Positions 1-11,692 of a stretch of 64,000 nt of DNA are shown piece by piece (position 1 is the first letter of the stretch; every line of letters starts with the position of its first letter). A program made the translations under genes and the position numbers. Below the pieces are notes generated by a model. It did no database searches, was not told the origin of the DNA, and saw only the letters and a program-made list of their open reading frames with translations. Origin of the DNA: Klebsormidium nitens (Eukaryota; Plantae; Klebsormidiophyceae); contig DF237167.1 of NCBI GenBank assembly GCA_000708835.1, forward strand, positions 62,001 through 126,000, given 5' to 3'.

Positions 1-1184
1 AACCCCTTGCTTAGTAAAGTTACTGGTATGCGTACCCTTGTTAGCGGTCGATCCAGGCTCTATAGCTACAGCCTACCAGTAGGTAGTGTGGTACAGATTT
101 TAGAACTGGACCACTGGACGGTACGTATTGGTGGAGAATCTGAAGGCTGAAGGGTAACGGTGCCGTACTTACGTACACTGTAGAGTACTCTTTGTACGTA
201 CCTTTTTATTTCCTAGAGAAGACTCGAGAGTCGAACGTACACCGTCCCCTACGCTTGGCTGAGCTCACTGGCAGCAAATGCGAAAAAGCACACGTCAACA
301 CGTGTCCCATACCACTTGTACACTTGCTCTTCATCGGCCCGGTGGAACCAGAAAATGGGCATGTGATTGGCATCGGCATCCTCGATATGTTGGGGCCAGG
401 AATCTAGCATTTGGCTAAGATTGTTTGAAGATCGAACAGGAAGGAATACGGCATATTGCAATTTACTGTACAAAATAAAGTCCCCTACAAGGGGCCCTCA
501 ACGGCTGTACGGTGCCAGGACCACTGAATGCGGGCCCCAAATGCGGTCCCTTGGGTGGAACACCCAAATTGACTAGTGGTCAAAGCCGACCCATTCCATC
601 GGTCTAAACCGGGAAAACCCAAATTCTTTAAATGTTAAGGACGATCAGCAGACACAATTAACGCGCGGACCTTCAGCGTGCGCCAAATTGACCACAATCT
701 AGAAAAAGTCGTGTAGCAGAACCATTTTCCTCCCGGCCTTGAGTGACGCTACATTCGACCCTACTCATTCAGTTGCGGTATTGGTCCGCAATGATGGCGC
801 TCCATAATGATGTAATACTCACAGATAGAGCATCCTATAAAGGACCTCGTCCGCCGCTCAGACCTATCGGATACGGGCAAGCACGATCTCCGTTATGGAT
901 TTTCCGTGTGAGGGATAAAGAGCAGTACATGACAAGCTGCATGGTGAAAGCTCCGCGGGGCGGCTACTCATCGAAGCTCAGACTTGCAGCAATTGACTGT
1001 ACGTTGTTTCATAGCATAGGCACATGAAATCAAACAGCTAGGGGGCAGGCTCCAAACTGCAGTACGCTTCTCCACCTTGAATTCAGGCTGCTTTTCTGAG
1101 ACATCTAGAAATTGTCTTGATAAACTGAGGGCATCGACCCTTCGCTTACAACCACCAAAGGAGTGATCCTCGATGTGTCATCGC

Positions 1185-4100
1185 TCATGCAGTCGATGGG
1201 TGCCACATGTCCAATCTTTCCAACCCCTTCCTCTTCTCTTCGGAGCCAGCCAGGTAATTAGCGTGGACCCAAAACATTTTGCCTTTATTCTTACTGAACC
1301 ACTCCTCCTTCATTCCGTACGCCCCACTGGGGAACCGAACCCTCGGCAGAAGCTGCACCGCAACCCCCCTGCCCGCCAAGATCTCCGGCGAGTTCGTCAC
1401 TTTGTTAAGGCTGACTTGGTCGTTCCCGTGGACCCTGCCGTTCTCCGTCTGGTTGTGTATCGCTTCTATCCACGTGTCGACGAATGTAATCCCGACCTGC
1501 GTAGGTTTCACGTGCATGAAACACGTGCACACATTCAGGCCCACAGTGTCCTTCCCGAGCTGCCGGGAGCCCTCCATGTCGCCCTCGGTGCTCGAGCCGT
1601 CGTCCGTCACGCTGACGTCATATGCTGAGGTCAGGATCTGGTGCGGGTCGCGCAGCCAGACGGTGTCGATGTCGCTGTAAATGACACTGAAGCCCATTCC
1701 GAGCAGGTCGCGCATGTGGTACGCGCGCAGCACCGTGAGGTCGTTGAAGGACTGCGAGCCAAAGGCGGCGAAGTCGTCGGAGAATTTGTCGGACTGCGCC
1801 TCGGATTGGAGGAGAATCGCATGGCCTGGCCAGTGCGCTTCCACGAAGTCGAACGTGGGCTGATCGATAGTGAATGCGATGACGCGGCTCGCCAAACCCA
1901 GGCGTTCCAGGCTCCCGACCCAGTTGCTGCACGAAAGAAAAGCGGGGGTTCTGTTGCAGCCGCGTAGGCATCCAGCTTAGGATTGTCTGCATAACACCAC
2001 TGTTGTGAAGAGGTTGATACTCCTTGCAGTTTCCTGTTTTGGTCCTCCAGAATTCTGTACAGTTTCTCAAAGTTTCTTGTAGTGACAGCTCAAGGCAGGT
2101 GAATGAGGCAGCGTTCTGTTCTTCCCAAGCGTTTGTGGCCCTTTTTGATATGAATCAAAGCGTGTTTCCGTGTCGTAGATCGTCATCGCTTTCGAGATTC
2201 TTTTGTGGCTGCATGAAACTTCAGCATCTTTGACGGCGTCAGTCTCCTCTTCATTGTCACTTTCCTCCGTCCACAAACCCAATTCGAAGTTTTCGGTTTT
2301 GTTCGCAACCTTCCTAACAGCATGAATTGAAAGCGCGAACCTTCCTAACAGCATGAATTGAAAGCTGAGCCCGGATGACTGAGATTTGAAGAAGTCTTTT
2401 CAGGTCACAGTCGCTGCATTTTCAAGGCAGCCTTTCGAAAAAAGAAGCAAACGTCAACAGATTGAAGGCAGCCTTTCGTAAAAAGAAGCAAACGTCGACA
2501 GATACCCCGTCGCCTTTGGCAGCCCCTTCGCAGAGCGGTCGACTTGAAGAATGGAATACCCGGGCGTGGCAAAAGGCCCGCTGCAGTCCGCTGCGGTAGG
2601 AACCTGGCAGCTAATCTCCGCACTACCTTGCATACAAAATGCATAGACGGTGCAACGGTGTTTGGATCTTTGGTCAAGGCTCAAGAAGCTTTTAAACTAG
2701 AGGCGATCAGTCCCACCTGTAAAAGTCATAGTATCCTTTGTTGACAGTGCATATGATGACGGTAGAGTTGACGGCAACGGACGTGGCGAGTTCCCGCAGC
2801 TTTTTCCTCTCCCGCTCTGCGTGGTCCGTGTCCGCTCCCGGGGCCTCTTTGGAGGGTTCAGAAGCGCTCGGTTCCGGAGCCTCTGTCAGGAAGTGCGACT
2901 CCGTGACCGAGTCGTCTTGCAAGACGTGCTCCACGTCGTTCCACCTCCGCTGCGGTTCCGCCAGTCCGTTGCAGAATTCCTCGACGGCAGCTCGGGGCAG
3001 GTCGCCGGCGGGCGTGAGGGGGATCCCCTTCTCCAGGAAGCTGTTCCGCCGGTGCTGCGCGTGCGGCGACGCCCACTCGTGCTCGAAGAAGTTGTACGGC
3101 AGCAGTGACGTCAGCGCGCACTGGCCCGGCTGGTCCTTGCACGAGAGGGGCCCCGTGAAGGAGCTCCAGGACCCGGCACTGTCGAGGTACGGGACCCCGT
3201 TCTTGAGATGCTTCGCGGAGAAGCTGCAGTAGAATTTGAACGCCCCGGCCGGCGAGGCACCCCGACCGGCGGTGGTGCCCACGTGGCCCAGCAAGCCGCC
3301 GCGCTCGTCGTGCCCGGTTGTGACGAAAGTTGCGTTGACCGGCGTCGGTTCTCCGAGCCCTGCCCGAAAGCAAATCCAATTGCAGTCAAAACGGGTTTGA
3401 CAATTAATTGATGGCCCAAACACCGTCGCCCACGTACGCTGGTAAAATCGGATGCGCACTCAGATGTTGTCAGGATGCTCTTATGTTCTCCTGCAACCTT
3501 TTTTTCAAACGTCGTCAGCCACGCAAAGCATTCTTTGTCCAACAACAAGCTTGGTGCTTCTCCTCGCCAAGCACTTCCTCTGTCGAGGTTGTTTGTGCAT
3601 CAAAGCCGACTTGCCCAAATTGCGGTCTTTGGAAGGAGAGCTTTGCCTGGAGAATCCAACAAAACATGTTGGCAGAAAAGTGGGCGCACACAAATTGAGC
3701 CAACTCGATCCACGAACTTCAGTCTAGTGTTAAGAAATACTAGGTTCCTGTTTTCATGATACTTCAAGGCCCTACCGGGAGTCCAACAAACGGAGCGGTC
3801 GTGTAAGGACTTCCAGGGCTGACTATGAAAGGATTTCTCTCCAGGACATGAGCGAAGGCAGCTCAGCAGTCGGACACGTGTGGCTGGAGGGTACGATTCA
3901 TGGATGCATACTCTTCGGCCCAACAAATATACAGTTGAACAGGGAACCTGACAACTCCGCCCTTTACCAACGCCCGCCAAACACATGGTCTCTGAAAAGC
4001 ACATTGGTGGCACTAACCATAAGATTTCGATGCAGCAAAAGCTGCTGCCAGGTGGCCGAACGTCGTGGCGACACGTGTTGGCGACACAGAGATGAATGCG

Positions 4101-7100
4101 TGAGAGGTTTCCGCGGCAAGGAAGAAGTCTACCACGGCCGCCCATCGAGGGTCTTTGCCCCAGTCGGAGGCCAAGTGATCTTCCTGAATCGGAAGTCGTT
4201 CCTCTTCGGGGTGGTGGATCTTGTAGAGTGTCGCATTGAAACGGATCACCTGACAATTGGAACACCTGGGTTTGTAAAATCATGCGTGTCTGTTAAGGCG
4301 TCTCAAAGTCCGCGTTGAGATCATAACGTTTGATTCGAAGGTCCTGTAACACAGAACGTATCTTTCAAGGATCCAAGACCGATCTCAGTTGAGAATGCGT
4401 GGACACACAAATCTTCTCGTTAGGTTCCTGAGTTCACGCCTGTAAGAAGCAAAGCGCAATGCTTTCTGTATTCTTCGCTTCTTCAAAAGGCTGGGCGACT
4501 CCTTTGCGTACACATCACTGAACGGAGAGAATGATCATTGACACTCGGAACAAAATAACCCTTGCCGCATTCACTCCCTAGAGCCCTACCTTTGCAATTC
4601 CTTGAAGCGATCGAGCGAACTTCAATCCGGCTGATGGCGTGTCGGTGACGAGCAGAACGGTTGGCAAAGTGGTGGTTCCATCTGTGAGCGGAGCAAATAT
4701 AGTGCTGAAAATGGTCGAGACTCGGAGGCCAAGAACTCAATCAATACAAGCAGAGGCCTGTATGCATGTTCCCGATCTCTTGGATGTGCAACTACGACTC
4801 TGATGCTCTTCAAACAAGGAGGGCCGTCGGAAATGATGACGACGAGAAATCTTTGCCAGCATTCTGAGCCAGGTACGGTGTGTCTCACTCCGGACTAAGT
4901 TTGTAACCAGTCTCTCACCAGTTTGACCCGCTTGCTGTAGTGCGTTCCGCGTGCAAACCGTCGCTTGCGCAACGGTGTCGGGGCAATCAAGCTGCATCAT
5001 CCGCATGTGTACGGACACGACAGGAGCGCCGTCCTTCAGAACCCTCGAGACGGCACGAGCTATAACCGGACGGGGGCTTATGAGCGCCCGCAGCGCTTCG
5101 CCTAGCAGGTTCGGCCGTGTATGGGGTAGCATGGGTTCTCCAAATAGTTCCGCTGCTTTCCTTCGAATATGCGGGTGCCTGCAAAATTAGCGCAGTTAGT
5201 CTCAAGGTCCACGTGTCTTCCTCTCCATGGTCGCTCCTAATGGAAGCCAGCTCGGCCGGAAAGTGGAATTGATAAAGAAAGGAGTCCCGCTGAAAGCAGA
5301 CCTGCGCGTCGACGCGAATCCAACGGTTTTTGTCAGACGCCTTTCGGCTAGGTAAGCAAAGGGATCGTGTCCCACAGGAGCATCCGCCATCAGGCATTTC
5401 GGGTGCCTTGTAAACCTAAGGGCTTCTTTTTGGTGCACCAGTCATGAATTCCAAAGTGCGTCGTGAGTTTTGTTGCTTACGTTTTAGCACTTCAGATTTG
5501 GCTCCAGTATCAAGCTTGTCTAGCTGCCCAGTCTTCAACCAGCTCAGCTGTGAGAGGTCTGAGAAGAACAAATTTGGCATGCGAGACGTTTTGGTTGGGG
5601 CAGAATAAACCAACACATGCAGTCATTCGGAAGTGCACTAAAAGCTTGTTTTCGTGCCGTGCTAATTTGGTAAAAAGCAACAACAATCTCATTCAAGGTC
5701 TCTACAGCTCTCAGTTGATTGGGACTTCGCAATTCTCAGGTTGGCTCTGCAGCCGTTCAGAAATGCTGATTATCATTGAGACGTACGTGTGGGCTCTTCT
5801 ACCACTTTACTGCTGATAGAACGTGTCCGAGTCGCCACCCAACTGGAGGATCTCGCATACAAGCTGACGGTCCTGCTGCCGTCCAAAGACACCCCCCTGA
5901 ACCAGTCCTCTTGGAGAAGAAATTCAAACCCGGCCTGTTGGCATCTCCCGCTTTTTCACGAAACGACCCTAGCTGCGTTCACGGACGACTGCTTAACCGT
6001 CTCGGTTAAAAAGGAGAAGCTTTTCGGGGAGATATTTCGAAAACCTGCCGCCGGTGCAAGGCTGTAAACGAAACTCACCGACTTCGAGTGATCAGAGCCA
6101 GGTTGCCCATGTCACCCAAGTCGGTCACTTGAATCAGCGGCACGTCCCACTTCGTCAGATCGTCGCACATAAAGGAGACCTGCGCAGTGTGTGCGTGCAC
6201 GTCTCCGGCCATGTTGCGCAGCTGCCGGACAACTAGAGGGCGGCCGAATTTGGAGGCACACCCGTTGGTCGCCCACAGCTGCTTCAGGCGGTCCATGCTG
6301 AACAGACGCGCGTTGAACTCGATGAATGCCTCCGCTGAGCGGCCGCCGTACGTGCCGTCTGCCGTTTCGAGCTCACCCTTGTAGTCTGGCTGAGAGGACC
6401 TACGTATACGTGAAGAAAAAGGTCATAGTTCAGATTGAGTTGGCGCTTGTGCTCGTTCTGCTTGCGTTGGAAAAAGCATGAGACGACTCCATTGATGGAA
6501 GTCACATCTCTAGGGTTGGGTATTCGTGCCTAAAAATCGACGGCTTCTGGTTAAGAACAGGAAGGCACCCCACACTCCATCAGTGGTTTATTTGAGACTG
6601 CATCAGGAGAGCAGAAAGAACTGAATCTGCTCTGCCTTTGTTCGCTTCGAGGAGCAAAAGCCCCTGCATAGAGCGAGAGCAACGACTACAAGAGTGCCAG
6701 CAGTACGAGAGGTGCAGCAGAGCAGATTCAGGAGACGCTAAATTGTAGTACGACAGCCTCGAGTAGCTGAGTGCCTGTAGACACTAGCGGAGACGAAAGG
6801 CTCACAGCAGGAAGAAATTTACTTGCGATCAAAGCTCCCCTGCAACTGCCCAATAAGCATGACAACTTAAGTCTATCTGAATCTCTGCAGGGCACGTTCA
6901 TCTTACCTCTCTTCACCCCATATGACGGTTCGATTCAAAATCATCCCTAGGATGAGGGGCCCGATTCCACCTTCGTAGAACCCGTTTCCAAGGCCATTCT
7001 TTAGGTGGTTGCTATGGCCAAAGACAAACTTGTGCTGGCAGAACTCCCGCGGTTCTAGCTTGGCTATCTTGTCGGCGGCTGCACAGATCGGAAATGGGTA

Positions 7101-8731
7101 TGCTAAAGTTCCCCAGTAGCAGCTTGGATTCGGAGGACAGCTGCGCACGATGGTTTCCGGCTGGAAAGGATCAGAAAGAGTGTTCATGTACATGCGATAC
7201 TCGAGTTGAAATTGTTTCGCGACTGCTAAGCAGCTAGGTTGACTGGTGCCTTTGTGAACTTTGTACAGAAGGTCAATCGTAGCTCAGTCGTTTTGCAGCA
7301 TAACAAGCACGCGACGCACTTATGCCTGGCCAGTCCGCGGCTGTGCACAAACCGGGACACATGTGAAGCCATTTCGATGACAATGGATCACTTTGGAGAT
7401 CTGGGTTACTTTTGGTCTCCTCCTTGGAAAGTCAAGACAGCTGCAGACTCCCAATGGCTTCGTGCTTGCAATAAGCTTCATGGAGAAAGCAGACACCACC
7501 GCGACGTCACTCAGAAGTTTGGGAATAACAATGATGAACGTGCTCCAATCTGCTTTGGTGCGGTTGAGTTTGTAGATGCATTGGGCCTGGCTTACCCCAG
7601 CTCCTCTGTGCAGGTTTGCAAACGAGCACCTATGAGGATGTATAATGCCGAAGCTTACCATGGAGGTCCAGGAAAGTTTCGATCCGGCTCCGAACGCCGA
7701 GGCTTGGGCAACGGACATCAGCTGTCATGCTTGCGCCCATTTCCTCCGCTGTTGCACATGTGTGCAACGTGTTTGGGGCTGAAGAGTTGCCTGCAATAGC
7801 TGCCAAGCGCGCCTCCTTGCGGCGCACCATGGCATCATTCAGACTCGCCCACTGATCCTCGGGGAGACCCTTGTTGAACAAGTCTCCCGGGCAACCCTCA
7901 AATTCTGCAACCTTCTCCCCTGAGTGAAAAGCCTGGAGACGCCGCCCGTTGAAAGAGGGCTGCTTCACGCTGCCAGGGTCAGCTGTGCACCGCTGACCAG
8001 CGGTTGAGACGTGGACCAACCTCCCCGGATGAAGAGCTGGACAGAAAGAAGTGCCAGTTACGAACTTTCTGGGTTCAGTTGACGCAACTGACCATCACCT
8101 TCGCCGACACTGGTGTGTGCTTGATGCAGACTTGTCAGATGTGACCGGCAGCAGAATGCGGGAGCGGAGTATTTTCTGCTGTTTTTAAGGAAGGGATTGT
8201 CCAACTCACACATTGGGTGTCCTTCTGCAACCTCAGAAAGAACTCAGACAGTATTGAGCAGCTTGTTGACGCTTGCTGATAACGTGACAATCTCGTTTGC
8301 AAGGTCTACTGTTCATAGCTGTGAATGTACAATCGCCTTTCAAAACTTTCAGCAGAGTCGTTAACAGTGGCGTCTGTCTACTTGAATCTGACTCCAGCTC
8401 TCATGAAGCAGAGATTGGCGTTGCTGCTCGTGTAAGTCGCTCTCGATATCTTATCTGGATGATTCCACCTCCTCTACCATTTGAAACACATTGAGGGATG
8501 CGGGATTTGCGCGATTGAGCTGGACTTACCAAGACAAACGCACAGAACCAGAAGAAAGGCAACTCCCATCGGGAAGTGGTGGCGGGGGCTGCAAACCCAT
8601 CCTGTGGCCCAGGCCCCAGCCTTACCAAGGTTGCGAGGGAACGCCCTCTTAGGACCGCCCTTACAACTGGCAGACCTGCCGCCAGCAGAGACTACCGCTT
8701 CCAATAGGCGCGTATCATCGACATCCATCAT
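1185..8731 (-). CDS. Bifunctional type II membrane glycosyltransferase: At3g56750-like (putative fucosyltransferase-like) domain fused to a GT77/Nucleotid_trans (PF03407-like) domain; 9 exons, ~1013 aa
   Basis: Exons 8731-8530, 8036-7659, 7078-6907, 6399-6079, 5178-4919, 4681-4590, 4249-4018, 3359-2717, 1926-1185. All introns are GT..AG, phases match, and the total is 3042 nt. N-terminal TM segment MGVAFLLVLCVCL. At3g56750-family motifs as I recall them: CATAEEMG, EFCQHKFVFG..GLGN, KQLWATNGC, RPNLLGEALRALISP, VSVHMRM, DWGKDPRWAAVVDFFLA, FTGPLSCKDQPGQCALT. GT77-like motifs: TVIICTVNKGYYDFYSNW, YSDIDTVWLRDP (DxD), GNDQVSLN, LPRVRFPSG, HANY. Confidence 0.88.
2307..2503. repeat. Two short intronic tandem duplications (31-bp and 41-bp periods)
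   Basis: AACCTTCCTAACAGCATGAATTGAAAGC at 2307 and 2338; AAGGCAGCCTTTCG(A/T)AAAAAGAAGCAAACGTC at 2424 and 2465. Confidence 0.9.
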
Positions 8732-9416
8732 CGCTGCTCACAGCTTCTACGAAGCTCAGATCCCGTGGCCAATCCTCAGAGCGGGCTCACCAACTATTGG
8801 GGGTCAGCTCCAGCTCTCTCATTTGCGCTCACATCTCCCGCTCTGAAAGCTCAAATCACGCAAGGATGAAGATTCAATCACCCTGTAAGGTCAGCTGAAG
8901 GCGTAAGCGTGGATTGGTTTGCAGCCCACTAGACATTTAGCAAAGCCTGCAATCTTTTAGGCAGAGTGTCATGGCTGCGTAACGTGATCAGTCTCAGTGC
9001 GGCAGCAGGAGCTAGTCTGTGCAGGATGTCCTGGTTCGGTGTCGCGTCGGGCTCCCCGGCGCTCATTTGACAAAAGCCGATTCAGGACTGAGCACTTCAA
9101 ATTGGGTAGGTGATACATATCAAGCGTCTTGACTCTTGACAAGTCCTCTAGACCGCTCATGATAAGGTGTGCCGGTACACTCCATTTTTCAGGACAATTT
9201 CAGGTGATTTCACCGCATGATATGCCCGATGCTGTGCACGTGACGTTGCTGTGATGGCTGTACGAGCTCGATTGGGCCAGATGGGCTGGCACCTATTAAC
9301 TCAAAACATTCGGGTGTCTGTGTAACACTACCGTACCGAACCTGAGCAAGACCTTAGCAAAGCTGACACCGACAGTGACCGGACCTGCGTCGTTCTCCAA
9401 CCTGCTCGAGCATGAT

Positions 9417-9746
9417 NNNNNNNNNNNNNNNNNNNNNNNNNNNNNNNNNNNNNNNNNNNNNNNNNNNNNNNNNNNNNNNNNNNNNNNNNNNNNNNNNNNN
9501 NNNNNNNNNNNNNNNNNNNNNNNNNNNNNNNNNNNNNNNNNNNNNNNNNNNNNNNNNNNNNNNNNNNNNNNNNNNNNNNNNNNNNNNNNNNNNNNNNNNN
9601 NNNNNNNNNNNNNNNNNNNNNNNNNNNNNNNNNNNNNNNNNNNNNNNNNNNNNNNNNNNNNNNNNNNNNNNNNNNNNNNNNNNNNNNNNNNNNNNNNNNN
9701 NNNNNNNNNNNNNNNNNNNNNNNNNNNNNNNNNNNNNNNNNNNNNT
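9417..9746. other. Assembly gap (330 N)
   Basis: Run of N in the sequence. Confidence 1.
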
Positions 9747-11692
9747 TCTGGTGAATGATTCACCAGAACCCGGAAATACATTATCTGACGGTCACAAATG
9801 CCCAAACATACTATGGCCTGTGGCGCGCGCACAATTGGATATGTTGGGGGCTTCCGTTGATATTATCGGCCGGCACTGCAGAAGTACTTAGTGCGTCGAC
9901 GAACCGGGCAAGACGACCATGCAGTCTATTAACGGCCGGAATCTAGGTACTACGGTAGGTAGGTACCTAATTAATCAGCCTGGCGTACACATGGGGGTTC
10001 AATGCCGCCAAGACGGTTCTGCGGTTCCGACGACTGAGTGGAGCTTGCGCCGTTGATGTATGATTGAACGGAACGACAACTTACGCGCGCGCGAGAAAGT
10101 GGTTGTGTGGATCACCTCGACTCGGAGAGCTCCCGAACTTTCTTGTATTACGTTCGATCATTCTCGTCGCGGAACTTAATCGTTCTGTCGTACTAGCACT
10201 TCTGCAGGTTTAGTGTACGTCATTGGCGACCATTGAACCCTTCAGACTCCTAGAAGGTTCTGCAACAGTCAAAACAGTGAAGACCTCGGCCAATACCGGT
10301 GGCTAGGTACATGAGGCTCAGTAGCTAGGGTACGTTTGGACTGGTAAGCAAGCTGGATAAGCTGGTAGTACAGTGGGGATACAGTAGAACAGGAAAATCC
10401 TGAAAATCAGCGAAGACGCGGTCAATTTCAGAAGAATATTGATCGCCATCACGTGCACTGCGCATGCAGAAAGCATGCTCAGGATAATCAGGATCGATGA
10501 TATGGAAACTAAGTTGGATTGTCATCCCTCGTAGTACCGGATGCACGAGTGATCGGTTCGTCACTGGTACTACGTAGTATACTGCCAGTACTGGTACTAC
10601 TTTGCTTAGTAGGCGGCCGCCGCCGGCAGCCTGCATGCCGTCTGCAGCAACCTCGGATCTCTTAGTGCTGCCAGTAGGCATTCTAGTACCTTTCTAGATC
10701 GTTACGGATGCATTGTCAGCTTGGCATGCGCCAAATGTCCGGCAATTTGGGATAGTCCAGATACGTACTTAGGCTCAGATCCTGCAGATCCAAGCCCGAC
10801 GGAATCAGGGAGGAATTCTGACCTTTCGAGCTCCAATTGTCTTTCAGGGAGTGATGCATGTGCTCAGTAGCGACATTCAGGATATCAGTAAGGAGATAAT
10901 ATGTGACAAAGATTTGGCCAGTTGCGCCAGTTCAATACTGCGGCATTGGGTGCGAGTGAAGCTTTTCCAAGACTCTATTCGGGCTCTGTTTATCGTGATC
11001 ATGCTAGTGCGAGTGAGTAGGATTGGCGCTGGCAAACGGGAGACTGCAGAGCCGCCTGCATTCAGACGCATTGCACTGACTGGCGGCACATGCCAAGAGA
11101 CCGGTAGTTTGGGCACTGAGGGCCCTCTTGCATGAGTCTTTCAAGGCTCCATGTCAGAAACGCCAACTCCAATCAGAGCAAGTGCTAGCTACATGCAGAG
11201 TGGAACCAATTCTACTGTGGAAGATTTGCACTCCTAAGCTATAAACCTGCCTTTCCGTAGCATACGCCACAAGCCACTGCTACTTGAGAACCTAAGAGGT
11301 GAAATTTGATTACTGTGTGACTTCACTGCAGAGCCTCTGCAAGGCACCCTTCGGTTCAAGCGCTCCTAACAATATCTGGATGGCAGTCGCTTATGCAGGC
11401 TGAGTTTCCTAGGCGCCCTCGCTAGTCACAGCGAGGATCTATCCCTCCCAAAATAGTGCACCTGAATACGTATCTCGCAGCTGCTCAAATCATATTCAAC
11501 TTATGAACCATCTGAGAAGCAGACAATCAAACGTTTCGTGGGAAATTGATTAGGGCGTTCAAAGCTGCATTTATGATACCAATTTAGTAGCGCCAACGCC
11601 GCCCAACCCACGATGTGGGCTGCTTTGAGTTTATAAGCTCAGGACGGACCTTTGTCATCAGCCTGCCAAAACCTCTCTACTTTGGGTTCCCA

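Noticed and set aside
1173-3379. Several 130-170 aa ORFs overlapping exons 8-9 of the GT fusion in other frames or on the opposite strand
   Set aside because: Shadow ORFs of GC-rich coding exons; no motifs of their own.
5202-5438. Phase-compatible pseudo-exon with a CAG/GTCTGC donor in GT intron 4
   Set aside because: Exon 4 (ending 6079, GTGAGT) splices directly to 5178 in phase and restores the family alignment, so no extra exon is needed.
9296-9891. Long ORFs in the ORF track
   Set aside because: Artefacts of translating through the N gap.
10000-11200. ORFs of 80-118 aa between the gap and Kelch paralog 1
   Set aside because: No recognisable domain, splice structure or element termini.
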